Below, one piece after another: positions 1 through 10,842 of a stretch of 64,000 bases of DNA; position 1 is the first letter of the stretch; each line of letters begins with the position of its first letter. This DNA comes from Verrucomicrobiota bacterium (GTDB lineage: Bacteria; Verrucomicrobiota; Verrucomicrobiia; Opitutales; Cerasicoccaceae): positions 352,001 to 416,000 of the forward strand of contig JBCBUK010000002.1 of the NCBI GenBank assembly GCA_039818205.1, written 5' to 3'. Under the pieces are notes generated by a model. It was not told where the DNA came from, searched no databases, and worked only from the letters and a program-made list of their open reading frames with translations. The position numbers and the translations under genes are program-made.

Positions 1-52
1 CAGAGCCCGTCTTCCTTTTAAAGGCTAAAGTGTGGTGGCGTCTTATATCCGC

Positions 53-508
53 CTACAGGACCAAGTTGCCGCTGTCGTCGAATTTCCAGGATTCGGCCCA
101 GGCGACCTCCCAGAGGTGCCCGTCGGGATCGGAGAAGTAGCCGCTGTAGCCTCCCCAGAAGGTGTCGTGTGGTTTTTTCTCAATTTTGCCGCCGGCGCGT
201 TCGGCAAGCGCAAGGAGCTCTTCGACTTCGTGCTTTTGGCGCGTATTGTAAGCGAGCGTCTTGGATGGCATGAGCTTGGGGTCCAGCGAACGTGGGGCGT
301 CGATCGTCCGGTCGAAATTTTCAGCGGCCGCTTTTTCATAGGGATACAGGCAGAGAATCAAGCCATTGAGTTTAAACCCAATCCATTGGTCATCGGCCTT
401 GGACTTGGTGGGAAGGCCCAGGCCATTGGCGTAAAATTCGTAGGCTCGCTGAGTGTCGGCAACCAGAAGGGTTATGATGCTGATGCGGGGATCGAGTCGT
501 TCGGTCAT
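53..508 (-). CDS. VOC/glyoxalase family protein
   Basis: ISIITLLVAD..RAYEFY..GLG; DTFWGGYSGYFSDPDGHLWEVAW. Confidence 0.9.
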   Translation of the reverse strand: MTERLDPRISIITLLVADTQRAYEFYANGLGLPTKSKADDQWIGFKLNGLILCLYPYEKAAAENFDRTIDAPRSLDPKLMPSKTLAYNTRQKHEVEELLALAERAGGKIEKKPHDTFWGGYSGYFSDPDGHLWEVAWAESWKFDDSGNLVL

Positions 509-529
509 GGGTTCTGGGTTGGATCGCGG

Positions 530-1318
530 TTAGGATTTCTTGGCGTTCAGAAGGCCGTCAACAATTCGGCGTTCTACATCCTGCCTCTTGATGACGCCGA
601 TGAATGTGCCCTTGGCGTCGACAATGGCACCAGCCTCGACTCCCTTGGCACGGAAGTGGTTCGCGATATCGAGCAGGTTGGTGTCTTTCTGAACGGCATC
701 GGTCAGCACGATCCCTTGGAATGCTTGGAGAACCTCGCCCGCGCTCAGGGCGTCGACAAAGGTTTGCAGCTTTTGCCAATCGAAGCCCTCGCTTTCATCG
801 GGGTTGTGAAAAATGGAAGTCGGGACCAAGCCGACGAAGGTGCCGTCTTCTTTTTTGACCTCGAAAAATTCAAGATTGGGCAGCTGCTTCATGTAGTCGA
901 TAATGGCGCCCGCGTGGTAGTAGCCCATCTTGTCGACGAAGGAGAGGCGTCCGATCTCGCGTTTTCGTTCGGGGGACAAGCCCGCAACGGCGCTGACGGA
1001 GCCCTTCGATTGCGCACCCATCTCGGAAACCGCTTCGGTCGCCTTCATGTCGATGGAGGTTGCGGGGGCCTTTAGCGAAGCCTCCAGTTTGACGCCAAAG
1101 CCGCTGAAGGACTCAATGTAGCCGCCGCAGACCAGCGCGACGATCGTGGGCAGTGCGGCAAACGCGAGCCACTGGGTCGGCAGTTCAATGAACGAGGCAT
1201 TGGTCGCCTTGAGAAAGCTGAATATCGCAAGCAGTGCGACAGAGCCAAGGAGGCCGAGGATGGGCAGCTTGTATTCGTGGAGCAGGCCGTTCTTGAGGGA
1301 AGAATCGTCGTTGGGCAT
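530..1318 (-). CDS. Membrane-anchored CBS-domain protein
   Basis: Two N-terminal hydrophobic helices; C-terminal IVDAKGTFIGVIKRQDV CBS motif; start taken at MPNDD. Confidence 0.65.
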   Translation of the reverse strand: MPNDDSSLKNGLLHEYKLPILGLLGSVALLAIFSFLKATNASFIELPTQWLAFAALPTIVALVCGGYIESFSGFGVKLEASLKAPATSIDMKATEAVSEMGAQSKGSVSAVAGLSPERKREIGRLSFVDKMGYYHAGAIIDYMKQLPNLEFFEVKKEDGTFVGLVPTSIFHNPDESEGFDWQKLQTFVDALSAGEVLQAFQGIVLTDAVQKDTNLLDIANHFRAKGVEAGAIVDAKGTFIGVIKRQDVERRIVDGLLNAKKS

Positions 1319-1438
1319 GGCAGAAGTGTCGCTGATCGTTAAGACCAATCCTAATTGGATTGAACAATTGCAATCAGGGATAATCTGCCTGGGCGCATCG
1401 TGCAACCCTAAGCTGGTCGGTGACAGAATAGCGCCCAG

Positions 1439-1678
1439 CTAGCGAGAAGGCGTGCGGATGGGCCAATTGCCACCGCCTGGGTAGACCCCAAAAACCAAGG
1501 GTAGGGCGATCACAATCGCGACCGGGATGGTGGTCCACTCGACTCCCAATAGCTTCGAAACGCCGACGCCTGCGACAAAGCCAATTAACAGGGCGACGCC
1601 AGGGCACATGCCTTTGCCGCCGCATCCGCCGGTGGTGCAGGATTTTTGCGATTCATTGTCAGCGTTGGATTCAGCCAT
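1439..1678 (-). CDS. Small membrane protein with Cys/Gly-rich N-terminus
   Basis: 79 aa, CTTGGCGGKGMC followed by two TM segments; co-directional with neighbours. Confidence 0.55.
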   Translation of the reverse strand: MAESNADNESQKSCTTGGCGGKGMCPGVALLIGFVAGVGVSKLLGVEWTTIPVAIVIALPLVFGVYPGGGNWPIRTPSR

Positions 1679-1708
1679 GATATTAATAGACTGCGCTGAG
1701 CCTCACAT

Positions 1709-2407
1709 TTAGTCAAGGGAGGTGAAAAAACGTCCGATTCTTGGCTGGTATTTGTCCAGCATGTCGAAGGACACCACGACGGAGGTGGCCTCGCCCAAGA
1801 AGCGGCTGCGTTCGACAAAGCCGAAAGCCCGAGAGTCCTTACTGTTGTCGCGATTGTCACCCATGACGAAATAGTGCCCATCAGGAACGGTGATTTCCGG
1901 AAAACTGCGAGCCATGCTGATTGCTGGTGTGACCATCATTGCATGGGGGCGTCCGTCGAGATCTTCCTGTGCGAATGCCGAGATGCGGGTGAGCTCGGCC
2001 ATGAGCCCAGCGCGTTCCTCCTCGGGCAGTTCGGTATAATCCAGGCGCTCATCGTTGATGTAGAGCATGTAATCACGCATCTCAACCGTGTCGCCGGGGA
2101 TGCCAATAACGCGTTTGACCAGGCGCTTTTCGTCCTCCGGTGAGAGCAGTACGCTGATGTCTCCCCGTTCGGGATCGCCCAGGTGGTTCAGGCTGTGCCG
2201 GGTGAGCGGGAAGCGAAGGTCATACGCGAGTTTGTTGACGTAGACCAGATCCCCCTCCAAAATGGTTGGGTTCATTGAGCCGGATGGGACCCAATTCCAG
2301 TCGGCCAAACTTGATTTGACCGGGATGATGACGAATGCCCACAGGAGGATGAAACCGCGCCATTCTCTCCATTGGGCGTTTAGAAATCGGAAGAATTTTT
2401 CTTTCAT
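1709..2407 (-). CDS. lepB: Signal peptidase I
   Basis: VPSGSMNPT (Ser), LVKRVIGIPGD (Lys), MGDNRDNSKDSR. Confidence 0.95.
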   Translation of the reverse strand: MKEKFFRFLNAQWREWRGFILLWAFVIIPVKSSLADWNWVPSGSMNPTILEGDLVYVNKLAYDLRFPLTRHSLNHLGDPERGDISVLLSPEDEKRLVKRVIGIPGDTVEMRDYMLYINDERLDYTELPEEERAGLMAELTRISAFAQEDLDGRPHAMMVTPAISMARSFPEITVPDGHYFVMGDNRDNSKDSRAFGFVERSRFLGEATSVVVSFDMLDKYQPRIGRFFTSLD

Positions 2408-2583
2408 GGAACAGCAGATTTCAGTTTTTGACCCCAAAAAATGCGGATCGGTTCGCTGGTTGGTAACAAATTTCTTACATTTACCTTCGGAGTGGCATTC
2501 CGATTCAAGTCTTGCATTCTCTCGGAAAATCAGGACCCTATCCGCCTTTTTCCATCAATAGAAAACCCAAAATCCATCGAAAA

Positions 2584-4359
2584 ATGAAAACCGAATCAGT
2601 CGTCAACTTCCCTCCACAGGACGAGAAGGGTCCCGCCATGAAGGGCGCGGATGTTCTCGTATCATGCTTAGAGCGTGAGGGCGTCGACGTCGTCTTCGCC
2701 TATCCCGGCGGAGCATCGATGGAGCTGCACCAGGCGCTGACCCGCTCGTCAAAAATCCGGACGATCCTCCCGCGCCACGAGCAGGGTGGTGGTTTCATGG
2801 CTCACGGTTATGCCCGTGCGACCGGCAAAGCTGGTGTTTGCATGGCGACTTCCGGCCCGGGCGCGACGAATCTCGTCACTTGTATTGCGGATGCTTACAT
2901 GGATTCGATTCCGTTGATCGCCATCACTGGTCAGGTTTACCAGGAGTTCATTGGCAAGAGCGCTTTCCAAGAGACCGACTTTTTCGGTATGACCTTGCCG
3001 ATCGTAAAGCACAGCTTCTTGGTTTTGACCGCTGAAGAATTGCCGACGATCGTGAAAAAGGCTTTCAAAATTGCAACCACCGGTCGCCCTGGCCCGGTTG
3101 TAATCGATATTCCTAAGGACGTTCAGCAGAAGATCTGGGAGCCGTTGTTCCCCGCTGAGGTGGAAATTCCGGGCATGCGTGAGATTCCTCATGCGAGCGA
3201 CGAGGAATTGAAGATCGTTTTGGACAAACTGCAAAACGCCGAACAGCCGGTTCTTTACACCGGTGGTGGTATCTTGTCTGCTGAGGCATCTGCGGAGCTG
3301 CGAGAATTTGCGGAACTGACCGGTGTGCCGGTTGCCTCGACTTTGATGGGCTTGGGTGCTTATCCAGCGAAGGGCAAGCAGAGCCTTTATTGGTTCGGTA
3401 TGCATGGCACGGTTGCTGGTAACTGGGCGGTGTGCGATAGTGATCTCCTCTTGACGCTTGGTGCCCGATTTGATGACCGCATCACAGGCACCGTTTCCAA
3501 GTTCGCTCCAGAAGCACATATCGTCCACTTCGACATCGACAAGAGCGAGTTCAACAAGAACAAGTTCGCGCACCAAACTATTTACACCGACGTCAAATAC
3601 GCGCTTAAGCGTATGTGTGAGCTGATCAAGGCGGGTGAGTTCGAAAAGCCTGATTTGACCGGCTGGTTCAACACAATCGACACTTGGAAGAAGGATCATC
3701 CATATCCATTCCACTACAAGGAAAGTAAGCACATCTTGCCGCAACAGGCGATTGAGACGCTTTACGAAGTTACCAAGGGTGAGGCCATTATTTCGACTGG
3801 CGTTGGTCAGCACCAGATGTGGGCTCCTCAGTATTACCACTTCAGTGAGCCTCGCCAGTTCATCAGTTCATTGGGTCTCGGCACAATGGGATTTGGTTAT
3901 CCCGCTGCCCTCGGCGCCCAAGTTGCCTTCCCGGATAAGCTCGTTGTCGACGTGGACGGTGACGGATCGTTCCTCATGAACGTGCAAGAGATGGCCACGG
4001 CAAAGATCGAGAAGATCAATGCCAAGATTCTACTGCTCAACAATCAGCACTTGGGCATGGTGGTTCAGTGGGAAGACCGCTTTTATGAAGGTGTTCGCGG
4101 CCACACGATCCTGGGTGATCCCGATAACATTGGTGGCCCAGAGAACCTTGAGGCGATTTATCCTGATTACGTGACCATGGCTGCTGGCTATGGTATCAAG
4201 GCACGTCGCGTTCATAAGAAGGAAGAGCTACGCGAAGCGATCGAAGAGATGGTCAATCACGACGGTCCTTTCTTGCTTGATGTGATTGTCCCTTACACCG
4301 AGCACGTGTTGCCGTTCATCCCACAAAAGAAGTCCGCTAAGGAAATCTTGACCGACTAG
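2584..4359 (+). CDS. ilvB: Acetolactate synthase large subunit (biosynthetic type)
   Basis: [33 protein letters not shown] motif. Confidence 0.95.
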   Translation: MKTESVVNFPPQDEKGPAMKGADVLVSCLEREGVDVVFAYPGGASMELHQALTRSSKIRTILPRHEQGGGFMAHGYARATGKAGVCMATSGPGATNLVTCIADAYMDSIPLIAITGQVYQEFIGKSAFQETDFFGMTLPIVKHSFLVLTAEELPTIVKKAFKIATTGRPGPVVIDIPKDVQQKIWEPLFPAEVEIPGMREIPHASDEELKIVLDKLQNAEQPVLYTGGGILSAEASAELREFAELTGVPVASTLMGLGAYPAKGKQSLYWFGMHGTVAGNWAVCDSDLLLTLGARFDDRITGTVSKFAPEAHIVHFDIDKSEFNKNKFAHQTIYTDVKYALKRMCELIKAGEFEKPDLTGWFNTIDTWKKDHPYPFHYKESKHILPQQAIETLYEVTKGEAIISTGVGQHQMWAPQYYHFSEPRQFISSLGLGTMGFGYPAALGAQVAFPDKLVVDVDGDGSFLMNVQEMATAKIEKINAKILLLNNQHLGMVVQWEDRFYEGVRGHTILGDPDNIGGPENLEAIYPDYVTMAAGYGIKARRVHKKEELREAIEEMVNHDGPFLLDVIVPYTEHVLPFIPQKKSAKEILTD

Positions 4360-4386
4360 TCGGAACTGTCGGAAGCAAAGCTTTTG

Positions 4387-4415
4387 AAACGCGCCTCAAA
4401 TCGAGGCGCGTTTTT
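4387..4415. terminator. Bidirectional intrinsic terminator
   Basis: aaacgcgcctc-aaatc-gaggcgcgttttt between convergent genes. Confidence 0.85.
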
Positions 4416-5881
4416 TATTGTCGCGCGGAAGCCTCCTCGCGGTTCTCGGCGAGTTCGCTGTCGTGAGGAAAATAGTGCAGGCCGTTCTCCGAAACCCGCA
4501 GAGCCGTCTCGTAGTCGCCGGCACCGAGTAGCGAACGAGTAATCACGTAGTAGCTGCCGAGAGCATGGCGCTTGGTCCGGGTGAGATCCCAGAGGCTCTT
4601 ACGCTCGTTTTGTGACTGCTCAGTGAGCACCGTAATCAACGTATCGAGCCACTGGAACTCTTCGATGCGCTCGGCCACCATTTCGTCTTTGGTCCATGTG
4701 TTATAGATTTGTCGGGCAGACTCAGGCTGGCCGTTGTAGAGTCGGGCCTCGATTGCGAACATGGTCATTCCCTTGGCTTTGGCGGGGTCGGCTGCGGCAA
4801 TTAACGTAAGGATTTTGTCGGTACGCTCGATGCTGAACGATTTAATGAAGTGGGCTAGTAGCAATTCCAGTGCTGCGGGATTATTGGCATATTGCTCGAT
4901 ATAGACATTCGTCATTGTATCGCGCTCGTCGACGAGATCGGCGAGATCGAGTTCGCGGATCATCTGGACTTGAAGTGGGTAGGGCTTGGTCGGCCAGCGC
5001 GAGATGGATTGCAAGTATGGCTTCAGCCCCTCGTAATCGCCGGTTTCCAACGCGAGCATGCCGAGTAGGTAGGGGAAGTGAACGGTGTGTTTCCGCGCCA
5101 TGGGAAGGCTATCAATCCGATCACGGGCCTCTTCCATGAAGCCCATCTTGATGAGTGCTAAGGTTTCGAGGTCTTCGTATTTTACGCTGCCCGGGTTTTT
5201 GGCAAGCATCTCTTGGGCGAACTCAAGGATCTGCTCATAATCGCCTTCCTTTTGCATGGCCTTGAGCTCAAGGTCGACCAGTTTGTCCCAGGTCTCTTCG
5301 TCTTCCTGGACCTCTGGAAAACTGCGCAGCTTCTTGGTGACATCGGCGAATTCCGCGAAGTCTTGCCGGTGGGTCAGGATTAGCATGAGAGCCTGGACGT
5401 ATTCTTTGTTCTCTGGATAGCCGTATTCCAAACCCGCACTGAGGATATTGGTTGCATCGATAGATTTACCCGCCGCGGAGTAGATTTGCGCCAGTTTGAA
5501 CCGTGCGTCCTGGTCGTTCGGGTAGCGCTTGAGCCCGGCCCTTAGCATGTACATCGCATCAAAGTATTCTTGCTCCTCGAACAGTGCCTTGCCGTAGGCG
5601 ATGTTGGTTTGTCCTGCTTTCTCAGAGAGATCTGGCCAGTTCCACGGCAGCGCGAAGTCGGTGAAAGCGATCTGATTGTGTGGGCGTTTACTGCGAATCG
5701 AATAGGCGACGCTCACCGCAACGATGTAGCCGACGACTGTAACGACGGTGAGGACGATCAGTAGCTTGATCGGGTTGAACTGAATCGCATATCCTTTGCG
5801 GCGCGAGAGTATCCGAACGAGGCCAAAAAGCATGGCACCCTCATCGGTTGATTTCAGCTTGGCGTTGGGGCTGAGTTTCAT
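4415..5881 (-). CDS. Membrane-anchored TPR-like protein
   Basis: N-terminal TM helix; helical repeats (AGLKRYPNDQDARFKLAQIY, NGLHYFPHDSEL). Confidence 0.75.
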   Translation of the reverse strand: MKLSPNAKLKSTDEGAMLFGLVRILSRRKGYAIQFNPIKLLIVLTVVTVVGYIVAVSVAYSIRSKRPHNQIAFTDFALPWNWPDLSEKAGQTNIAYGKALFEEQEYFDAMYMLRAGLKRYPNDQDARFKLAQIYSAAGKSIDATNILSAGLEYGYPENKEYVQALMLILTHRQDFAEFADVTKKLRSFPEVQEDEETWDKLVDLELKAMQKEGDYEQILEFAQEMLAKNPGSVKYEDLETLALIKMGFMEEARDRIDSLPMARKHTVHFPYLLGMLALETGDYEGLKPYLQSISRWPTKPYPLQVQMIRELDLADLVDERDTMTNVYIEQYANNPAALELLLAHFIKSFSIERTDKILTLIAAADPAKAKGMTMFAIEARLYNGQPESARQIYNTWTKDEMVAERIEEFQWLDTLITVLTEQSQNERKSLWDLTRTKRHALGSYYVITRSLLGAGDYETALRVSENGLHYFPHDSELAENREEASARQ

Positions 5882-5882
5882 T

Positions 5883-6737
5883 TTAGGCGTTGGTTGGGAG
5901 ATCTTGGCTTACCCTGACAAAAATTTCCATCGTTCGTTCCGGCGCTCCGCGATAGGTGCCGCTGACCGGGCGGATATCCGCATAGTCTCGCCCCACCGCG
6001 ATACTGATATAGCGTTCGTCTACCGGACGTCGGTGGGTGGGGTCGATGCCATACCACCCAACGGTAGGTAGAAAGATTTCCACCCAGGCATGCGACGCTT
6101 CGGAGCCGCCTTGGGACGGGTCGAACTCTTCGTTGAAAAAATATCCGCTCACGTATCGGGCCGGGATCTTTAGTGATCGACAGAGCCCTAACAACACGTG
6201 CGCGAAATCCTGGCAAACACCCTGGCGTTTGGAGAGCGCTTCATTCACGGTGGTATGGGCGTGAGTTGAGCCTGGAGCGTACTCGAAATGGTCGTAGATC
6301 CAATGACTCAGCGTTACGCTGTCTTGCCAAAGATCGGTCACGCCGTTGGGCAGACAGTCGACCGCCTGGCGCCAAAGGTCGGGAGATAGCTGAACGTAGT
6401 GGCTGTCGACCAAGAAATCATGCAGTTGCAGTGCGTAGGCGGGATCGTTGAGGCCCGCAGGATCTTCGGGCCCGGGTAGTGTCCGCGTGGTGGTCTCGAC
6501 CGTGGATTCTGCTTCGATCTCGAGGGTTTCATGCGGCTGGGTGTATTCGAGCACATCGACCGCGTTCAGATACAGGTCGAGATAACCGCCTCGGGCGCTT
6601 ATGGGATTGCTGCGCAGGTCGTAACTCAGGCGTTTTTGCCAATGATGTTCAATGGGCTGCAGTCGTACTTCGTTAAAGCTGTCGTATGCTGGTCGGGCAT
6701 ATCGATAGGTCGTACGGTGCAGAACACGGAGTTTCAT
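5883..6737 (-). CDS. Transglutaminase family protein with bacterial transglutaminase-like N-terminal domain
   Basis: LRVLHRTTYRY N-terminus; GVCQDFAH / SHAW / GIDPT catalytic triad; AVGRDYAD. Confidence 0.93.
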   Translation of the reverse strand: MKLRVLHRTTYRYARPAYDSFNEVRLQPIEHHWQKRLSYDLRSNPISARGGYLDLYLNAVDVLEYTQPHETLEIEAESTVETTTRTLPGPEDPAGLNDPAYALQLHDFLVDSHYVQLSPDLWRQAVDCLPNGVTDLWQDSVTLSHWIYDHFEYAPGSTHAHTTVNEALSKRQGVCQDFAHVLLGLCRSLKIPARYVSGYFFNEEFDPSQGGSEASHAWVEIFLPTVGWYGIDPTHRRPVDERYISIAVGRDYADIRPVSGTYRGAPERTMEIFVRVSQDLPTNA

Positions 6738-6830
6738 CAGGACGGGCAATACGGTTTGGTGATTAACCGTCCGATAAGGAATACGCAAGCCCCCCAATGG
6801 CAAGCAAATCTAGGCCTGTCTGGAAACGAA

Positions 6831-7838
6831 CTACTGTTGTTGCTGCTGTTGTTGCTGGATTTCTTCCGCCATATCCAACGGCTTTTGAAACATGTAAGCC
6901 TGGTAGGTTGACTCGCCAATCTCGTTGAGTCGCTCTTGGCACAGGTCTAGCCACTCGTGCATGCCGTATTTGAAGACGTCTTCCACGGATGAGTAGGTCA
7001 AGTCGGAGAGCAGTTTGCCGGACAGCTTCTCTGCCTCATTGGAATAACGACCTTGCGGACAGCCAGAGATGTTGTGCAGCCGCGCATCCAGCTCCTGCGC
7101 ACAAAAGCGGATGGACCGCGGAAAGGTTTCTGAGAAAATTAGAAAGTCTGCGACATTGCTGGGATCAATGTTGGCCAGGTAGTGGGCATGGTAGGCATCG
7201 TAGGCACTGGCGGCTCGGAGCAGAGCAACCCACTGGGTGGTGTCAATAGCTCCGCCTACGTCTTGTGGACTAGGAAGGAGAATATGGTATTTGACGTCCA
7301 ACATCCGGGTCGTCTTATCCGCACGTTCAAGGTACTTCCCGACTTGGAGGAAGTCGTAGCATTCGTCGCGGGGGAGCGTTGCCGCGGTGAGACCCTGGAA
7401 CAGTAATGATTGGGATTTGATGCGGTCGTAAAATTCGTAGGCCCCGGTGTCGAATACCTTCCGGGCATCATCGGACTTGAGAAACAGGTAGAGGTTGTTA
7501 AGTGTTTCCCAGAGCTCGGATGAAATCTGGTCGCGAACCATGCGGGCGTTCTCCCGGGCGGCCATGATGCAGCCAATAACCGAATTGGGATTGTCCCGAT
7601 TAAAGGTCATGAACTCGGTCACGGTGGTGCTGTTGGCCTCATCGTAAAGTTCGTAGAACAGATCTTCTTCTGCGGTTGAGCGGATGACCGGATCCCAGTG
7701 CTCTTTGAGCTTTACGTTGTCAAGGTCCTTGAAGTCCAGCAGGAGTTGGAGGTTGACCTCAACCAGGCGGGCGAGATTGTCCGCCCGTTCCATGGATCGG
7801 GCCATCCAGTAAAGTGAGTCAGCTACGCGAGAAAGCAT
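6831..7838 (-). CDS. Alpha-E domain protein with C-terminal poly-Gln
   Basis: MLSRVADSLYWMARSMERA; ARENAR..RDQIS.E.WE; G..LERADKTTR; FPRSI. Confidence 0.93.
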   Translation of the reverse strand: MLSRVADSLYWMARSMERADNLARLVEVNLQLLLDFKDLDNVKLKEHWDPVIRSTAEEDLFYELYDEANSTTVTEFMTFNRDNPNSVIGCIMAARENARMVRDQISSELWETLNNLYLFLKSDDARKVFDTGAYEFYDRIKSQSLLFQGLTAATLPRDECYDFLQVGKYLERADKTTRMLDVKYHILLPSPQDVGGAIDTTQWVALLRAASAYDAYHAHYLANIDPSNVADFLIFSETFPRSIRFCAQELDARLHNISGCPQGRYSNEAEKLSGKLLSDLTYSSVEDVFKYGMHEWLDLCQERLNEIGESTYQAYMFQKPLDMAEEIQQQQQQQQ

Positions 7839-7860
7839 TTCAGTAAAATGGTTTTCTGGA

Positions 7861-9312
7861 TTAATCGTTGCCGTAGAGGACCCAGGTGTCTTTTGACCCG
7901 CCTCCTTGAGATGAATTTACGACCAGTGAGCCTCGAGTCAACGCAACGCGAGTGAGACCACCCGGGATTATGTCAATGTCGTCAGGACCACCATAGAGGA
8001 TGTAGGGGCGGAAGTCAATGTGGCGCCCTTCGAACTGCTGCGAGTCTTGGCACCAGGTTGGGTGACGCGAGAGCGAGATTGGCGACTGCGCAATGAAATT
8101 TCGCGGATTGGCGATGATCGCTTGGCGGAATTTCTCGATTTCTTCTTTTTCGGCCCATGGGCCCATCAGCATGCCATAGCCACCGGCTTCGTTGGCGGCT
8201 TTGACGACGAGCTTGTCGAGATTCTTTAAAATGTAGTCGCGGTCTTTGTCCTCGGAGGCGAGATAGGTTTCGACTTGATCCAGAATCGGCTCCTGGTCGA
8301 GGTAGTATTTGATCATGCGCGGCACGAAGTAATACATGACCTTGTCGTCTGCGACACCCGTGCCAATTGAGTTGGCGAGTGCAAGGTTGCCTGCGCGGAC
8401 GGCGTTTACGAGGCCGGGTACACCGAGCAGGGAGTCTGGTCGGAACACACTTGGATCGATAAAGTCGTCATCAATCCGTCGGTATAGAACATCGACTTGG
8501 CGTAGCCCTTTGGTCGTGCGCATGTACACCTTGAAATCACGGACAAGCAGGTCTCGGCCTTCAACGATCTCGACCCCCATTTGGCGGGCCAGGAAGCAGT
8601 GCTCAAAGTAGGCGCTGTTGTAGACACCAGGTGTGAGTACACCCACGGTCGGGTTGTCCTGGCCGTGGGGGGCGATGCGTCGCAGCATCTTGAGTAGTTG
8701 CTCCGCGTAGTTTTCTACCGGCTTCACGCCGGCGCTCGGAAAGAGGTGGGGAAATGCCCGGCGCATCGCCTGGCGATTTTCGACAACATAAGAGACGCCG
8801 GAAGGGCAGCGTCCATTGTCTTCGAGCACCAGGTAGCGCCCATCCTTGTCGCGAATGAGGTCCGTGCCACAAATGTGGATGTAGATATCACGGGGGACAT
8901 CCGAGCCGACAAATTCCCGGCGGAAGTGTTTCGCCGACAGAACATAGGACGGTGGAATGACGCCGTCTTTTAAGATCTTTTGATCGTGATAAATGTCGTG
9001 CAAGAAGCAGTTCAACGCGGTGATGCGTTGCTTCAGGCCACGCTCAAGAAATTGCCATTCCTTATCGGGGATGATGCGGGGCATCAGGTCGAATGGAAAG
9101 ATGCGCTCCGTTCCCTGGTTGTCACTGTAGACCGTGAAGGTTACGCCGGCGCGTAGAAAGAGAAGGTCGACGGCTTGCTGCTTGTTCTTGAATTCGTCAA
9201 CGCTGAGGGTGCCTAGGCGCTCGAACAACTTTTGGTAATGTGGGCGGATACTGCCGTCTCCGGCAAACATTTCATCGAAGAAGCCATCGGTGGTATAAGC
9301 GCTGAGATCCAT
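7861..9312 (-). CDS. Circularly permuted type 2 ATP-grasp protein
   Basis: [53 protein letters not shown]. Confidence 0.95.
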   Translation of the reverse strand: MDLSAYTTDGFFDEMFAGDGSIRPHYQKLFERLGTLSVDEFKNKQQAVDLLFLRAGVTFTVYSDNQGTERIFPFDLMPRIIPDKEWQFLERGLKQRITALNCFLHDIYHDQKILKDGVIPPSYVLSAKHFRREFVGSDVPRDIYIHICGTDLIRDKDGRYLVLEDNGRCPSGVSYVVENRQAMRRAFPHLFPSAGVKPVENYAEQLLKMLRRIAPHGQDNPTVGVLTPGVYNSAYFEHCFLARQMGVEIVEGRDLLVRDFKVYMRTTKGLRQVDVLYRRIDDDFIDPSVFRPDSLLGVPGLVNAVRAGNLALANSIGTGVADDKVMYYFVPRMIKYYLDQEPILDQVETYLASEDKDRDYILKNLDKLVVKAANEAGGYGMLMGPWAEKEEIEKFRQAIIANPRNFIAQSPISLSRHPTWCQDSQQFEGRHIDFRPYILYGGPDDIDIIPGGLTRVALTRGSLVVNSSQGGGSKDTWVLYGND

Positions 9313-9364
9313 AGTGTAGTTCGACGTTAGCAAGAAGTGTGCCCCGAGTGTGTGCTGGAGCCGC

Positions 9365-9796
9365 TTATTCCTTTATTTTAACCATAGTGTGTTCCTCGGC
9401 ATCGGTGTGAGCCGGGTCGCCTCGGTAGACAAATTTCTCAGCATCAATGGAGATTACTTTGTCCTTAATTGTTTTACCGAGCAGTGGAAATGGGATGCTG
9501 CTTTCCTTGACCACATAAATGACTCGGCCAGCTGTGACGGTCCAGTTCCCTTTGAAGCTGGCGTCGACTGGTTCGTCGTTGCCTTCGACATCCAGGGTTC
9601 CGACGTAAACGCCGTCTTGTAAAAATTCATTGGTTGCGACCATTCCAGGGGCAACGGTTTCATTCCATTTGCCCATTAGTCGCTCCGCGATTTCCTGGTC
9701 AGTTAGTTCGTGGCCGATTGTATCGTCAGCCAGTGCGTTAACGCAGAAAAGGACTAAAGCCGCGAAAAGCGGAAGAATTTTCTGATGAATGTTCAT
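9365..9796 (-). CDS. Secreted hypothetical protein (lipocalin-like beta barrel possible)
   Basis: Signal peptide [28 protein letters not shown] motif. Confidence 0.6.
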   Translation of the reverse strand: MNIHQKILPLFAALVLFCVNALADDTIGHELTDQEIAERLMGKWNETVAPGMVATNEFLQDGVYVGTLDVEGNDEPVDASFKGNWTVTAGRVIYVVKESSIPFPLLGKTIKDKVISIDAEKFVYRGDPAHTDAEEHTMVKIKE

Positions 9797-9816
9797 GGCT
9801 CCAGAAACCAATATGC

Positions 9817-10836
9817 TTAATAGCTTTCGTCGTTCAGTTTTACCTTCCCTCGGAAAATATAATAGACACAGGCGGTGTAGGTTAGCACGATGGGCACGCC
9901 AATCAACGCGACCCAAAGCATGAAGTGCAAGGTCTTGTCTGTGGACGAGCCATTGTAGATCGTTAGGCTATTGGCCGCGTCGGGGCTGGAGAAAACCATG
10001 TTCGGGTAGACGCCCACACCAAAGAGCATCATCAGGAATGCCATCTGCAAACAGGAGAAAAAGAATGCCCGTGATTCCCGACCTTTGTGGATTTCGCGGG
10101 GAATCGCCCCAACCGCGAGAACGGAAAGAACGGCGAGCACGGTAAGAATTGGGCCACGTTCAGCAATGGCCGATTCGATATGCTCGCAGGCATAGATGGT
10201 CCAGAAATTGAAGATCAGGAAGCAGATAACATAAATTGGAATCGTGATCTTGATCCAACGCCGCAGCCGCGCCTGGAGTTCGCCCTCCGTCTTAAGAATC
10301 AGGTAAATGTTACCGTGCATGGCGAACAGGGCGACGGTGGTGATTCCCAAGAACACCGAATAGGGATGGATCAATGTCAGCAAGCCGCCCGTATATTCGA
10401 ATTGTCTGTCCAGCGGAATCCCCCAGGTGATGTTACCCATGGCGACACCGATTAGGAACGCCGACAGGAAGCTGCCTCCAGCAAACGCGCGGTCCCAGGT
10501 CTGCCGCCAAATCTTGAATTTCAATTTGCTGCGAAACTCGATGGAGACGGCTCGGAAGATGAGCCCAAACAGCAAAAGCATGAATGGGACGTAGAAGCCG
10601 GAAAACACCGTGGCGTATACTTCTGGGAATGCCGCAAACAGCGCACCCCCACCGGTAACCAACCAGACTTCGTTACCATCCCAAACGGGACCAATCGCGT
10701 TCATACAGAGGCGTCGATCTTGATCGTCTTTGTTGAACAGGTGGAGAATGCCAACCCCGAGGTCAAAGCCGTCCAGCATGACGTAGCCAGTAAACAAGAT
10801 ACCGACGAGAATGAACCATATCGTGTTTAAATCCAT
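9817..10836 (-). CDS. cydB: Cytochrome bd ubiquinol oxidase subunit II
   Basis: LDGFDLGVG, IGPVWDGNEVWLV. Confidence 0.96.
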   Translation of the reverse strand: MDLNTIWFILVGILFTGYVMLDGFDLGVGILHLFNKDDQDRRLCMNAIGPVWDGNEVWLVTGGGALFAAFPEVYATVFSGFYVPFMLLLFGLIFRAVSIEFRSKLKFKIWRQTWDRAFAGGSFLSAFLIGVAMGNITWGIPLDRQFEYTGGLLTLIHPYSVFLGITTVALFAMHGNIYLILKTEGELQARLRRWIKITIPIYVICFLIFNFWTIYACEHIESAIAERGPILTVLAVLSVLAVGAIPREIHKGRESRAFFFSCLQMAFLMMLFGVGVYPNMVFSSPDAANSLTIYNGSSTDKTLHFMLWVALIGVPIVLTYTACVYYIFRGKVKLNDESY

Positions 10837-10842
10837 GATAGT

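Noticed and set aside
32..1075. 347-aa plus-strand ORF
   Set aside because: Antisense shadow of the VOC and CBS genes; no recognisable motifs
2749..3840. 363-aa minus-strand ORF
   Set aside because: Antisense to ilvB
6192..6202. caacacgtgcg, resembling the LacI operator core
   Set aside because: Inside the transglutaminase CDS and only a partial match
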